A stretch of 64,000 nucleotides of DNA from Gemmatimonadales bacterium (GCA_038321865.1 JBBQFH010000003.1:78773-142772); one strand, 5' to 3'; shown: positions 28,588 to 39,307, counted from the first letter of the stretch. The notes: generated by a model not told the origin, from the sequence alone. Numbers and translations are program-made.

Positions 28588-30336
28588 ATGACACGTTTCC
28601 TGCTCGTTGCGGCCGCTTCGCTCGTCCCCGCCATCGCCGCGGCACAGACGGCCGGTCCCTCGGCGCCTCCGCCGGTCACCATCGTTGCCGCGCCGGCCAC
28701 GACGCTTCCGCTCAAGCACGCGCCGGAGCCGACCTCGACGGATATTTCGGCCAAGGACCTGATGACCCGGCTGTACATCTACGCCGATGACTCATTGCAG
28801 GGCCGCGAAGCCGGCACCATCGGCAACCTCAAGGCGACCGACTACATCGCCGGCGAAGCCCGGCGCATCGGCCTGATTCCCGCCGGTGAGAACGGCACCT
28901 ACTTCCAGACACTGCCGTTCAAGACCCGCGCGCTCGACCCGGCGTCGACGTTCTCCGTCGGCGGCGCGCCGCTCACACTCGGCACCGACTGGGCCGCGAC
29001 CGGGGCGGGCTCGCTGACCAATTCTGCCCTCGCAGTGGTCTACGGCGGCATGCTCGGCGATACGTCGGTCGCGCTCACGCCTGAGCAGATGGCCGGGAAG
29101 GTGGTGGTCTACAGCTTTCCGCTGAATACGCGCCGGATCCGCGGTGGGCGTGCACCGCTGGGCGCCGCCGCCGCCGTGATCATCGGTCCCGACCAGCTGC
29201 TGGGCAATTTCCGCCGGCCGGCGACGTTCGTGGATGATCCGTCGCGCGCGCCAGCCGCAGCCCCAGCCGCAGCGCCGGCGCCGGTGCCGACGATCTTTGT
29301 CAATCAGGCTGCCGGGGCCCGGCTCTTCGCGACACCGCTGGATCAGCTCAAGCCCGGTGACGCGGGCAACACCGTTGCCATGGACGTCCGGATGAAGATC
29401 GAGCCCGTGCCCTTCGCGGCGCGGAACGTGGTCGGGATCGTCCGGGGGAGTGATCCGAAGCTCCGCGGCCAGTACGTCGCCGTCGGGGGCCACAACGATC
29501 ACATCGGCATGACCGCCCGGCCGGTGGACCACGACTCGATGCGGATCTTCCTGCATCTGGTGCGCCCGGGTGGCGCCGAGGACGGCGGCAGGCAGGCCAC
29601 TCCCGAGCAGCAGGCCGAGGTCAACAGGCAGCTGGCCGACTGGCGCACCGCGCATCCCAACACCATGCGCGCCGATTCGATCTCGAACGGTGCCGATGAT
29701 GACGGGTCCGGCACCGTCAGCGTGCTCGAGATTGCGGAGAAGATGGCATCGCTCAAGGGCCGCAATGCGCCGAAGCGCTCGATCATTTTCGTCTGGCACG
29801 TGGGTGAGGAGAAGGGCCTGCTGGGCTCGGCCTACTTCACCGATCACCCGACGGTCCCGCGCGACTCCATCGTCGCGCAGCTCAACATCGACATGGTCGG
29901 CCGCGGCGATGCCTGGGATGTCACCGGCCAGTCGAAGGATGGGGCGGTGCTCCGGGGCGGCCCGAATTATCTGCAGCTGGTAGGTTCGCGCCGTCTCTCG
30001 AAGGAGCTGGGTGACGTCGTCGAGCAGGTGAACACCGACGGCAAGCATGGCTTTACCTTCGATTACGGCATGGACGCGAACGGGCATCCCCAGAACATCT
30101 ATTGCCGGAGCGACCATTACGAATACGCCCGCTACGGAATTCCGATCACCTTCTTCACGACCGGCGGGCACTCCGATTACCACCAGGTGACCGACGAGCC
30201 GCAGTACATCGACTACGAGCACATGGCCCGGGTCGACGAGCTGATCGAAGACGTAGCGATGCACGTGGCGAACCTGGACCACCGGATCGTCGTGGATCAG
30301 CCCAAGCCGGATCCGACCGGGCGCTGCGTCCAGTAG
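28588..30336 (+). CDS. Secreted M28-family peptidase with PA-like insert
   Basis: Signal peptide, GHNDH, NGADDDGSG, GEEKGLLGS, NIDMVGR, DYH. Confidence 0.93.
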   Translation: MTRFLLVAAASLVPAIAAAQTAGPSAPPPVTIVAAPATTLPLKHAPEPTSTDISAKDLMTRLYIYADDSLQGREAGTIGNLKATDYIAGEARRIGLIPAGENGTYFQTLPFKTRALDPASTFSVGGAPLTLGTDWAATGAGSLTNSALAVVYGGMLGDTSVALTPEQMAGKVVVYSFPLNTRRIRGGRAPLGAAAAVIIGPDQLLGNFRRPATFVDDPSRAPAAAPAAAPAPVPTIFVNQAAGARLFATPLDQLKPGDAGNTVAMDVRMKIEPVPFAARNVVGIVRGSDPKLRGQYVAVGGHNDHIGMTARPVDHDSMRIFLHLVRPGGAEDGGRQATPEQQAEVNRQLADWRTAHPNTMRADSISNGADDDGSGTVSVLEIAEKMASLKGRNAPKRSIIFVWHVGEEKGLLGSAYFTDHPTVPRDSIVAQLNIDMVGRGDAWDVTGQSKDGAVLRGGPNYLQLVGSRRLSKELGDVVEQVNTDGKHGFTFDYGMDANGHPQNIYCRSDHYEYARYGIPITFFTTGGHSDYHQVTDEPQYIDYEHMARVDELIEDVAMHVANLDHRIVVDQPKPDPTGRCVQ

Positions 30337-30360
30337 AGAAACCGGGTTCCCAACAGCACG

Positions 30361-30390
30361 AACGGCGGCAACCGTGAGGTTGCCGCCGTT
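30361..30390. terminator. Bidirectional intrinsic terminator
   Basis: AACGGCGGCAACC-GTGA-GGTTGCCGCCGTT, a 13-bp perfect stem between convergent genes. Confidence 0.85.
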
Positions 30391-30404
30391 TCCTGTTGCG
30401 AGTG

Positions 30405-31451
30405 CTACGTCAGCGATTTCAGATCAATGACGAAGCGGTAGCGCACATCGCCCTTGATCGTGCGCTCATACGCCGCACCGAGATCTCCGATGTCGATCAG
30501 CTCGATGTCGGACGTGATGTTGTGCTCGGCGCAGAAGTCGAGCATTTCCTGCGTCTCGCGGATTCCGCCAATCAGCGAGCCTGCGAGGCTGCGCCGCTTC
30601 ATGATCAGGGTGAACGCGTGCACTTCGGCCGGCTTTGCCGGAACGCCGACGACGACCAGCACACCGTCTCGGCGGAGCAGGTTCATGTAGGACGCGACGT
30701 CATGGTCGGCGGAGATCGTGTCGAGGATCAAGTCAAAATGATTCGCGAGGCGCGCCATAGTGGCCGGGTCCTTCGTGACGGCGAACTCGTGGGCGCCGAG
30801 TCTCCGCGCGTCCTTCTCCTTCGAGGCCGACGTGCTGAGCACCGTCACCGTGGCGCCCATTGCGGCAGCGATCTTCACGCCCATATGTCCGAGCCCGCCA
30901 AGGCCGGCAATGGCGACGCGCGAGCCCGGGCCGACCTTGAAGTGCCGGAGCGGGGAATACGTCGTGATGCCGGCGCAGAGGAGCGGAGCTGCGTTCGCCG
31001 GCGGCAGGTTCGCCGGAATGCGGAGCGTGTAATTCTCGTCGACTACGATCGAGCTCGAGTAGCCACCGTAGGTCGGCGTCTTGCCATCCATTTCGGTACC
31101 GTTGTATGTCACGGCCATGTGATTCTCGCAGTACGAATCCTCGCCCTCCCGGCAGCTGTCGCAGGTGCGGCAGCTGTCGACGAAGCAGCCGACACCAGCC
31201 AGGTCGCCCACCTTGAACTTCTTCACGTCACCGCCGATCCGCGTCACGCGGCCCACGATCTCGTGCCCCGGGACCATGGGATATGTCGAATTGCCCCACT
31301 CGCCGCGCGCCTGGTGGATGTCGGAGTGGCAGATGCCGCAGTAGAGAATGTCGATTTGCACATCGTGCGGACCGGGCTCACGCCGCTCAAATGCGAACGG
31401 CTCGAACTTGCTGGTCGAACTGTGCACGGCGTATCCACGGGTGGGAAGCAT
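30405..31451 (-). CDS. Zn-dependent NADPH alcohol dehydrogenase (YahK/cinnamyl-ADH-like)
   Basis: CGICHSD, GHEIVG, structural CxxCxxC..C, GLGGLG, YRFVID. Confidence 0.94.
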   Translation of the reverse strand: MLPTRGYAVHSSTSKFEPFAFERREPGPHDVQIDILYCGICHSDIHQARGEWGNSTYPMVPGHEIVGRVTRIGGDVKKFKVGDLAGVGCFVDSCRTCDSCREGEDSYCENHMAVTYNGTEMDGKTPTYGGYSSSIVVDENYTLRIPANLPPANAAPLLCAGITTYSPLRHFKVGPGSRVAIAGLGGLGHMGVKIAAAMGATVTVLSTSASKEKDARRLGAHEFAVTKDPATMARLANHFDLILDTISADHDVASYMNLLRRDGVLVVVGVPAKPAEVHAFTLIMKRRSLAGSLIGGIRETQEMLDFCAEHNITSDIELIDIGDLGAAYERTIKGDVRYRFVIDLKSLT

Positions 31452-31503
31452 CAGAAGTTCATCCTCGTTGAGAGTGTCTCGGCCAAGTGCATCCGCTTGG
31501 GGC

Positions 31504-32496
31504 TCATCGCCCGATCGCCTGCATGCCGCCGGGCTGATAGCGCTCGCCGGCCGCGGCGCCGAGCGGCGCCGCGTCGTCGATTCGGCGAAGGTCTGCGTCG
31601 GTGAGCTCGATTTCGAACGCGCCGATGTTCTCCTCGAGCCGCGCGCGGTGGCGGGTACCGGGAATCGGCACGATGTCCGGTCCCTGCTCCAGCAGCCACG
31701 CGAGCGCGAGCTGCGCCGGCGTACACCGATGCTCGCGGGCGATTTGCTCGATGCGCTCAACTAGGTCCAGGTTGCGCTGGAAATTCCCGGGCTGGAAGCG
31801 GGGGTTGTTGCGACGGAAATCGTCGGCAGCGAAATCGTCGAAGCGGCGAATCTGCCCCGTCAGAAAGCCTCGGCCGAGCGGGCTGTAGGGAACGAACCCG
31901 ATGCCCAGCTCGCGGCACAGCTTCAGCGTACCTTCCTCGGGGTCGCGAGTCCAGAGCGAGTATTCGCTCTGCAGCGCCGAGATCGGATGGACGGCGTGAG
32001 CCCGCCGGATCGTCTCCAGTCCCGCCTCGGAGAGGCCCAGGTAGCGCACCTTGCCCGCGCGCACCAGGTCGGCCATGGCGCCGACGGTCTCCTCGATGGC
32101 GACCGACGGGTCTACCCTGTGCTGATAGTAGAGGTCGATCTGCTCCACGCCCAGACGCCGGAGCGATGCATCGCAGGCCTCGCGGACATATTCAGGCCGG
32201 CCGTTGATCCCCCGGCGGGTCGGGTCATTCGGATCGCGCACGTTGCCGAACTTCGTCGCCAGCGCGACCTCCCCGCGCCGCCCCCGGATCGCACGCCCGA
32301 CGAGCTCCTCGTTTCGGCCCATTCCATACATGTCGGCGGTATCGAGAAAGCTGACCCCGAGTTCGAGCGCCCGGTGAATGGTCGCCTCGGATTCGACGTC
32401 GTCCGAGGGTCCGTAGAACTCGGACATTCCCATGCAGCCAAGGCCCAGCGCCGGCACCACCAGCCCCTGCCGACCCAGCTCGCGTGATCTGATCAT
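31504..32496 (-). CDS. Aldo/keto reductase
   Basis: [39 protein letters not shown]. Confidence 0.95.
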   Translation of the reverse strand: MIRSRELGRQGLVVPALGLGCMGMSEFYGPSDDVESEATIHRALELGVSFLDTADMYGMGRNEELVGRAIRGRRGEVALATKFGNVRDPNDPTRRGINGRPEYVREACDASLRRLGVEQIDLYYQHRVDPSVAIEETVGAMADLVRAGKVRYLGLSEAGLETIRRAHAVHPISALQSEYSLWTRDPEEGTLKLCRELGIGFVPYSPLGRGFLTGQIRRFDDFAADDFRRNNPRFQPGNFQRNLDLVERIEQIAREHRCTPAQLALAWLLEQGPDIVPIPGTRHRARLEENIGAFEIELTDADLRRIDDAAPLGAAAGERYQPGGMQAIGR

Positions 32497-32691
32497 CCTG
32501 CGCTCCTGTGTGTCGATTGTGCTTCGCGCCGGTGTCAGCGGCGCTCTGAAACATACCCCGGGCCGCCGGCGAGGGTCCGGCGCGGAAACGCGGCGCCGCC
32601 GCGCGCTTGTCCGCGCGCGTCCTGCGCGTGCACATTTCCTCGACTCCGCGAGCGAGCGGGGTCACGGCGACCCTCACAGACCGGAGATGGC

Positions 32692-33546
32692 GTGGCGACG
32701 ATCTGGCTCGACGGCAACTGGCATGACCGCACCACCGCAATGGTCTCCGTGTACGACCACGGGCTGCTGTACGGTGACGGAGTGTTCGAAGGGATTCGAG
32801 TGTACGGCGGCAGGATCTTCCGGCTGGCCGACCACATCGACCGCCTCTATGACTCGGCCCACGCCATCTGGCTGACGGTGCCGATGCCGAAAGAGGAGAT
32901 GATCGCCGTCACCGAGGAAGCCGTGCGCCGTTCGGAGCTGGCGGAGGCCTACATCCGGCACGTGATCACCCGGGGCGTGGGCGATCTCGGGCTCGATCCA
33001 CGCAAGTGCTCCAGGCCCTCGGTCATCATCATCGTGGACTCGATCCGGATGTGGCCGGCCGAGCTGTACGATCGCGGCCTCCGCGTCGTCACGGCGGCGA
33101 CGCCGATCCCGCAGCGAGAGTCGCTCTCCCCGCGGGTCAAGTCACTCAACTATCTGCCGCACATCCTCGCCCGCCTCGAAGGGATTCAGGCCGGCGCGGA
33201 TGAAGTGCTGATGCTGGACAGCGCCGGGCACGTGGCCGAGGGCTCCGGCGAGAACGTGTTCGTCGTCAAGGACGGAATTATCCGCACTCCTCCCGCCTAC
33301 GCCGGGATCCTCAAGGGCGTCACCCGGGACGTAGTCATCGAGCTCGCGCGCGCCGCGGGCTACGACGTGCGTGAGGAAATCTTCAATCGGTATGACGTGT
33401 ACACGGCGGACGAGGCATTCTTCACCGGGACGGCAGCGGAGGTGGTGGGAATTCGCGAGCTCGACGGCCGGGCCATCGGCGCCGGCGGCCGCGGCCCGGT
33501 GACCAGGGACCTTGCCGAGCGCTTTCACGCTCTCGTACGGGCTTGA
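32692..33546 (+). CDS. ilvE: Branched-chain amino acid aminotransferase
   Basis: YGDGVFEGIR, KSLNY, EGSGENVF, LKGVTR, TGTAAE. Confidence 0.95.
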   Translation: MATIWLDGNWHDRTTAMVSVYDHGLLYGDGVFEGIRVYGGRIFRLADHIDRLYDSAHAIWLTVPMPKEEMIAVTEEAVRRSELAEAYIRHVITRGVGDLGLDPRKCSRPSVIIIVDSIRMWPAELYDRGLRVVTAATPIPQRESLSPRVKSLNYLPHILARLEGIQAGADEVLMLDSAGHVAEGSGENVFVVKDGIIRTPPAYAGILKGVTRDVVIELARAAGYDVREEIFNRYDVYTADEAFFTGTAAEVVGIRELDGRAIGAGGRGPVTRDLAERFHALVRA

Positions 33547-34142
33547 TCCGTCGGCCGGCCGTCGCGGTCTTCCTCGATCCTCCGCGCCTCGGTGACGTGA
33601 AGCAGGCGCTCGCCGAGGAGATCGGGCCGCGTCAGGCACTGCGGCTCTACCGTGTGCTCGTCGCCCGGACGCTCGCTGCGGTGCGCGCGCTGGATCTTCC
33701 AGCGGTGATCTGGTTCGCGCCGGCCGGGGCCCAGGGCGAGATGCGGCGCTGGCTCGGCCCCGACTGGGTGTTGCGAGCCCAGGTATCCGGCCGGCTCGGC
33801 GCGCGGGTGGCTGCCGCGGCACACGGAGTCGAACCAGGTACGCCGTGGCTGGTGGTGCTGTCCGAGTGCGTCGGTCTGGCCCCTGAAGTCATGGGGCGGG
33901 CCCGCGATGCGCTCCTCGATCATCCGGCCGTGATGGGCGCCACGCAGTCGGGTGGCTGCTACCTCCTCGGCGCCCGCGGCCCCCTGCCGGGGCTGGGTGC
34001 CGGACTCGATGACGAGGCCGGGTCGGCGGCCTCGCAGCTGAGAAGCACGCTCGACCGTCTTGCCCCGCAGTGGCACGAGCTGCCGACCCTGGGCGCGATC
34101 ATGACCGGGGCCGATGCCCGCGCGGCGGGGCTCCTGACGTAG
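33543..34142 (+). CDS. DUF2064/CofC-like nucleotidyl- or glycosyltransferase-fold protein
   Basis: PPRLGDVKQAL, QVSGRLGARV, GATQSGGCYLLG, matching a degenerate DUF2064 pattern. TTGA overlap with ilvE. Confidence 0.75.
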   Translation: MIRRPAVAVFLDPPRLGDVKQALAEEIGPRQALRLYRVLVARTLAAVRALDLPAVIWFAPAGAQGEMRRWLGPDWVLRAQVSGRLGARVAAAAHGVEPGTPWLVVLSECVGLAPEVMGRARDALLDHPAVMGATQSGGCYLLGARGPLPGLGAGLDDEAGSAASQLRSTLDRLAPQWHELPTLGAIMTGADARAAGLLT

Positions 34143-34155
34143 GGGCGATCCGGGG

Positions 34156-34171
34156 TGGCGTCGGGTTTGCA
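34156..34171 (+). promoter_or_regulatory. Sigma54 (-24/-12) promoter
   Basis: TGGCGTCGGGTTTGCA has exact GG-N10-GC spacing with TGGC and TTGCA. Confidence 0.65.
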
Positions 34172-34261
34172 TATGACGCATGGCCCGCGTGGGGGTGCAA
34201 CGCGTGATAGATTCGCAGGTCCGAAGCGCGCCCGTACCGTCACGGCTACACGAGGAGCGTC

Positions 34262-34678
34262 ATGTCCGTGCCCTTCCCGCAGGACCGCCTGCGGTTCGCG
34301 CAGTTCATGCTCGAGCGGCTGCCGAACGGGCGCTGCCGGGTCCGCGTCGAGCTGACCTGGCGCGAATCCGAGCGCTTCACCGGCGACGACGAGGGGCTGG
34401 CCTCACAGGCGGGCGAGCTGCGCTGCGCCGCGGAAGCCACGGTGAAGGCGCTGGGGCAGGCGGTGCAGGGCGAAGTCGGATTTGACCTGCTCGGGGTGAA
34501 GGCGGTACGGGCCTTCGATGCGACGGTCGTGATCGTTTCGCTCGCGGTGCGCAACGAAGGGCACACCCATCGTGTCGTCGGTTCCTATCTGAGCGACGCG
34601 GAACCCGCCCGCGGCGCGGCGCTCGCGGTGCTCAACGCGACCAATCGCATCCTCGGCAACCGACTCTTCATGCGGTGA
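34262..34678 (+). CDS. Hypothetical protein, possibly LeuA/CimA allosteric-domain-like
   Basis: GAGGAG SD. Duplicated beta-beta-beta-alpha pattern ending AALAVLNATNR. Confidence 0.75.
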   Translation: MSVPFPQDRLRFAQFMLERLPNGRCRVRVELTWRESERFTGDDEGLASQAGELRCAAEATVKALGQAVQGEVGFDLLGVKAVRAFDATVVIVSLAVRNEGHTHRVVGSYLSDAEPARGAALAVLNATNRILGNRLFMR

Positions 34679-34991
34679 GGGTGGAGCTTGGAGCGACCTA
34701 TCGGGCGCTCCGTACATCCTGCTAGTTACCTCGTTTCGCTTCGAGGGGTCGCAATTCGCAGGACGGCCCGATCTGCCGAACTGGCGGAGGAAGGGGTCAG
34801 CCGGCCGCCGGTCGGCGCATGGGCGCCGCACCGCCGGCGGGCGCGCGTATTTCCTGTCGGAGTTCGTTCGGGGCGGGAGCGGCATGGAACTGGCCCGTAA
34901 CGGTGTTTTTCTGCCCGCTCCCGGTGGTCACCGGCGCGGACGACGGGCCGTTTTTGTGCCGTCGGGGTGTCCTCGACCGATGGAGGAAAAG

Positions 34992-36767
34992 ATGAAGCGA
35001 TTCGCGAGCGTGGTGAGCCTCGTGTTGGCCGCGGCATGTGCCGGCCAGCGGCACGCACCCGCCACAACGGCGGCTCCGGTCGCCCTGCCGAGCACCGACG
35101 CGGCTCCTCCTGCTTCTGCCTCCGCGCGCACCAGCCCGCAACAGAATCAGCACCCTGATACCACGGCGATGCCCCCCGCGCCGGCGGTGGATACCCGTAT
35201 TGACGCGGAGATCGCAGCCGAGCTCAAGGTCGCGGCCGACTCCGCCGCCGACGCCGAGATGCTCGAGCGGCTTGCCACCTCCCGTCCGACGGACCGTTCG
35301 GACGATGGGTCACCGGCGGATGCAACCATCAAGTCGCCGGGCGGCGGCGTCACCTGGGACATCGACGTGGCGAGCTTCAACAGCCACGACCGCGTGCAAT
35401 ACTACCTCGATCTCTTCCAGGGTCCGGGGCGCGAGCGAATGGGGATCTGGCTCAACCGGATGCCGCGGTATGAGGCGATGATCCGCCAGCGCATGCAGGA
35501 GCAGGGGTTGCCCGGCGACATGGTCTATCTCGCCTTGATCGAAAGCGGCTTCTCGAACGTCGCCACGAGCTCGGCACGGGCGGTCGGGATGTGGCAGTTC
35601 ATGCGCGGAACCGGGCGCGGCTATGGCCTCCGGGTGGATGGGTGGGTGGACGAACGGCGCGATCCGGTGAAGTCCACCATCGCGGCCACTCGCTTCCTGC
35701 ACGATCTCCGCGAGCGCTTCGGCTCCCTGTATCTGGCCGCTGCGGCGTACAATGCCGGTGCGGGCAAGGTCGGGCGCGGACTGAACCGCATGACCGATGA
35801 CGAGGAGGACGATGCGGACTCGGTCTACAGCGATTCCACCTTCTTTCGCCTGTACGACACCGATTTCATCCGGCGCGAGACCAAGGATTACGTACCGAAG
35901 CTGATCGCCGCCGCGCTCATCGCCAAGGAACCGGTTCGCTACGGTTTCCACGTGAAGCCGGACGAGGTGCTCCAGACCGATTCGATCGTCGTGCCCGACA
36001 TGACCGGTCTCGACGTGGTCGCGCGGCTCGCGGACACGACGCTCACGGCGATCGCCGAGCTGAATCCGCAGTATCTCCGCCTCGCGACACCCCCGCATGT
36101 TCGCTCGGTCGTGCGTGTGCCGGACGGCCGCGGGCCCAGCACGGCCGCCGCCTATGAAGATCTTCCCGCGAGCAAGCGGGTGAGCTTCCTGGAACATGTG
36201 GCGACCCGCGGACAGTCCACCCGCGCGATCGCGCAGCGGTACGGGGTTTCCGCCAGCGCCCTCATCGAAGCCAATCCACGGCTCCGCCAGCATGCTCCGA
36301 GGGCCGGCCAGCGCGTGATCATTCCGCTTGCCGGGCCGATGTCGACCGTCGTGGCGCGCCGGATCGCCGCTCCGGAGCCGACGGCGGCCGAATTCCATCG
36401 CGTCCGTCGCGGCGAGAGCGTCTCACGCATCGCTTCGCGCTACGGCATCTCGCAGCGCCAGCTCCGCCAGTGGAACCGCCTGGGGGCCAGGAGTCATGTG
36501 CGGGTGGGCCAGCGCGTCAGGATTGCGCCGCCGCCGGCGCAGCGCGCACGCCAGGCCGAGCTGAAGAAGAGCCGCGCGAAGCCCGCGCGCGGCACGACCG
36601 TGACGCGCATGGCGGCCACCACGGCGCACACCCACACGGTGAAGCGGGGGGAAACGCTGATGGGCCTGGCCCGACGGTACGGCATGTCGGTCCAGGCCCT
36701 CGCATCAGCGAACGGTTTGTCCTCGCGGTCCCGGGTCAATGCCGGAACCAGCCTGCGCATTCCCTAG
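34992..36767 (+). CDS. mltD: Membrane-bound lytic murein transglycosylase D-like lipoprotein with LysM repeats
   Basis: GGAGG SD, lipobox AAAC, LIESGF, GMWQFM, AAYNAG, ETKDYVPK, several LysM domains. Confidence 0.92.
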   Translation: MKRFASVVSLVLAAACAGQRHAPATTAAPVALPSTDAAPPASASARTSPQQNQHPDTTAMPPAPAVDTRIDAEIAAELKVAADSAADAEMLERLATSRPTDRSDDGSPADATIKSPGGGVTWDIDVASFNSHDRVQYYLDLFQGPGRERMGIWLNRMPRYEAMIRQRMQEQGLPGDMVYLALIESGFSNVATSSARAVGMWQFMRGTGRGYGLRVDGWVDERRDPVKSTIAATRFLHDLRERFGSLYLAAAAYNAGAGKVGRGLNRMTDDEEDDADSVYSDSTFFRLYDTDFIRRETKDYVPKLIAAALIAKEPVRYGFHVKPDEVLQTDSIVVPDMTGLDVVARLADTTLTAIAELNPQYLRLATPPHVRSVVRVPDGRGPSTAAAYEDLPASKRVSFLEHVATRGQSTRAIAQRYGVSASALIEANPRLRQHAPRAGQRVIIPLAGPMSTVVARRIAAPEPTAAEFHRVRRGESVSRIASRYGISQRQLRQWNRLGARSHVRVGQRVRIAPPPAQRARQAELKKSRAKPARGTTVTRMAATTAHTHTVKRGETLMGLARRYGMSVQALASANGLSSRSRVNAGTSLRIP

Positions 36768-37450
36768 TTGGCTGCTCCGCGGACCGGTGCCGTCGGCTTG
36801 TAGCCCTTCAGCACGGCCGACGAGTATCCGTTCCGCGGGTTCCCACCCTCGGCAAGAATCGCTTCGACGCGTCCCGGGCCACGGTTGTACGCGAGGAGCG
36901 CCAGGTGTGAGTCATGATCGAACTGCACCATCAGATCCTTCAGGTACCGAAACCCGAGCCGAAGATTGACATCCCGATCCATCAGCTTTGCCTCGGTGAT
37001 CTGCCGGTTATAGTGCCGGGCCGTGCCGAGCTGAATCTGGGTCAGTCCGAGCGCCCCGGCCGAGCTCCGCGCGGTGCGCTTGAAGTTGCTCTCCACCTGC
37101 ACCAGCCGGTACGCGACGGGCGGGTCAATCCCCTCGGAGACCGCTACATCATAAATCGCGGCCGAAAGATCGGCCGGGATCTGATACCGGCCGGAGTACG
37201 CCAGCACGGACTTGGCACGCTTGAGCTGAAGCTTCACCGCTTCGACTTCTCCCCTGGCGGCGGCGAGCTGATCGCCAGCGGGCAGCACGGCAGCCACGGT
37301 GGCTTCCGCATTGGCAGAACGGACGCGCTGACTCCATGCGCCCAGCGCGCTGACCACCAGCGCGCCGGTGACGACCAGCCCGCTGCGGACGAGCAATCGC
37401 TCGACCCAGGCTCGTCGCGGATTCGCCGATCCGTTCGTCGGTGGTGTCAT
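36764..37450 (-). CDS. SLT-domain lytic transglycosylase
   Basis: N-terminal TM, VESNF, GLTQI, LAYNRG. GAGGAGG SD. Confidence 0.9.
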   Translation of the reverse strand: MTPPTNGSANPRRAWVERLLVRSGLVVTGALVVSALGAWSQRVRSANAEATVAAVLPAGDQLAAARGEVEAVKLQLKRAKSVLAYSGRYQIPADLSAAIYDVAVSEGIDPPVAYRLVQVESNFKRTARSSAGALGLTQIQLGTARHYNRQITEAKLMDRDVNLRLGFRYLKDLMVQFDHDSHLALLAYNRGPGRVEAILAEGGNPRNGYSSAVLKGYKPTAPVRGAAN

Positions 37451-37483
37451 CTGCGTACCTCCTCGCTATAGAGAACCGCGGGC

Positions 37484-37963
37484 TTAAACGCCGGCGCGGG
37501 ACCAGTCACCCCGGGTGCCCCCGGTCTTACTCAACAATCGCACGTTCTCGATAACCATCTCCCGGTCCACGGCCTTGACCATGTCGTAGACGGTCAGGCA
37601 GGCGACCGCAATCGCGGTCAGCGCCTCCATCTCGACTCCCGTCCGTCCGGCGGACCGAACCGTTGCCATGAGGCGAACGCCGGGGAGCGACCCATCGGTG
37701 CGTGCCTCGACCTCGACCGCGTCGAGCCCCAGCGGGTGACACAGCGGGATGAGCTCGCCCGTGCGCTTCGCCGCCATGGTGCCGGCGATCTCCGCCACCG
37801 CCAGTACGTCTCCCTTTGCGACTGCCTGCGCTGCCACCAGCGCGTAGGCTTCGGCCGACATCCGGACCGCCCCTTCAGCTACGGCGGTCCGCTCGCTGAC
37901 CGACTTGCCGCTGACGTCGACCATTCGGGCCCGGCCGCGCTCGTCTACGTGACTCAGCTTCAC
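37484..37963 (-). CDS. moaC: Cyclic pyranopterin monophosphate synthase
   Basis: [30 protein letters not shown]. Confidence 0.97.
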   Translation of the reverse strand: MKLSHVDERGRARMVDVSGKSVSERTAVAEGAVRMSAEAYALVAAQAVAKGDVLAVAEIAGTMAAKRTGELIPLCHPLGLDAVEVEARTDGSLPGVRLMATVRSAGRTGVEMEALTAIAVACLTVYDMVKAVDREMVIENVRLLSKTGGTRGDWSRAGV

Positions 37964-39045
37964 AGGAGCGCCGCCAGCTCGTCCGTCAGCACCGCGAGCA
38001 GGAGCTGCGGATTCACGTTGCCATGGGCCGATTCGCGGGCGTCACTCACGCGATCCAGCGCCCGGAACAGCGCCTGTGGCTCGCACCCCAGTAGTCCGCC
38101 GGGCACGGGCCTCCGCACCTGCTCGCCCATTGCTCCTCGGGCCGCCTCGCCGAGGGTATCGGCGACTGCGTCGAGCACGGCGGTGAATTCCCCGCGAGCG
38201 GACCAGGGCTGCTGCCGAAGCGATCGCTCCAGGCGAGGGCCCGGACCAGCCAGCACCGCCTCCAGGATTGCATGAGCCGCCTGCCGCGCCTTTGCCCCTT
38301 CGTCTCCGCCGGCCGCCATGCCGATCGCGCCGGCCGCCGCGTGCACCCGGGCCGTGAGCGCGTCGCCTGTCAACGGCGGCTTGAGGGCGGCGCCGAGGAA
38401 GGCGCGAACCACCTCATCGGGCAGTCGGCCCAGACGGAGCGGCACGACCCGGGACCGGATAGTGGGCAGCAACTGCCGCGCGTCCACGGTCGTCAACACG
38501 AACACACTGTCGGCCGGCGGCTCCTCGAGCAGCTTGAGGAGCGCATTGGCCGCCTCCGGGCTCGACTCCTGCGGCACCAGCCGCTCCGCCTCGCCCAGTA
38601 TGAATACCTTCCGGCGGCCCTGTACCGACGTGAGGCACGCCACCCGCTGCAGGAATCGTACACTCGCCACGCTGTGGCTGGCCATGCCGTCGGACGGGCC
38701 ATACAGCGGCTCCGCTCGCCGCTCGTCGATTACCGCGGCGATGGCCTCGGCGGCCTCCTCGACCTGCCGGTCGGCATCGCCGGCCTTCGGGCGCGGGATC
38801 GGCATCAGCCAGTGCACGTCCGGGTGCTGGAGCGCAAGCACCTGCCGGCAGGGCCCGCACGCTCCGCAGGGCTCCGCGGCCGGCTGGTCGCACTGGAGCA
38901 GCTGGGCGAGCCACAGTCCCAGCCGCTGTTTGCCGATTCCCTGCGGCCCTGTGAACAGCAGCGCCTGCGGGAGCCTTCCGTTTGCGACCGCCTCGGCCAG
39001 GCGGCTTCTCGCGTCCTCATGGCCGACCAGCGGAAGCAGACTCAT
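37960..39045 (-). CDS. holB: DNA polymerase III delta' subunit
   Basis: GPQGIGK, zinc motif [30 protein letters not shown]. Confidence 0.93.
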   Translation of the reverse strand: MSLLPLVGHEDARSRLAEAVANGRLPQALLFTGPQGIGKQRLGLWLAQLLQCDQPAAEPCGACGPCRQVLALQHPDVHWLMPIPRPKAGDADRQVEEAAEAIAAVIDERRAEPLYGPSDGMASHSVASVRFLQRVACLTSVQGRRKVFILGEAERLVPQESSPEAANALLKLLEEPPADSVFVLTTVDARQLLPTIRSRVVPLRLGRLPDEVVRAFLGAALKPPLTGDALTARVHAAAGAIGMAAGGDEGAKARQAAHAILEAVLAGPGPRLERSLRQQPWSARGEFTAVLDAVADTLGEAARGAMGEQVRRPVPGGLLGCEPQALFRALDRVSDARESAHGNVNPQLLLAVLTDELAALL

Positions 39046-39307
39046 GGTAAGGAAGGTATGAAGATGGGAGGAAATTGGAAACCCGAAGAGTCTGTAACAG
39101 CATTTTCAACAAGCACTTATGTGACGTAAGGCCGCGATTTTCTGCGCCATTCCGGCACGCAGAATTCTGCATCCGTACCTGCGAGCGGTTGCTCTCCGTT
39201 TCGGCATAGCGAGCAACTGCTCACATCGCCTCGTAAGAGCATGCTGTGGCGACCATTAGCAACGGGTGCAAACTGGCACCGCAGCGGCCGACACGCCCCG
39301 GCGATGA

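Noticed and set aside
25847..32500. Genomic island integrated at tRNA-Lys
   Set aside because: The genes look accessory, but I found no integrase and no duplicated tRNA 3' end by eye, and composition resembles the host.
34880..34895. Second sigma54 promoter CGGCATGGAACTGGC upstream of mltD
   Set aside because: GG-N10-GC spacing is right, but the -12 element is TGGC instead of TTGC. Too weak to call in GC-rich DNA.
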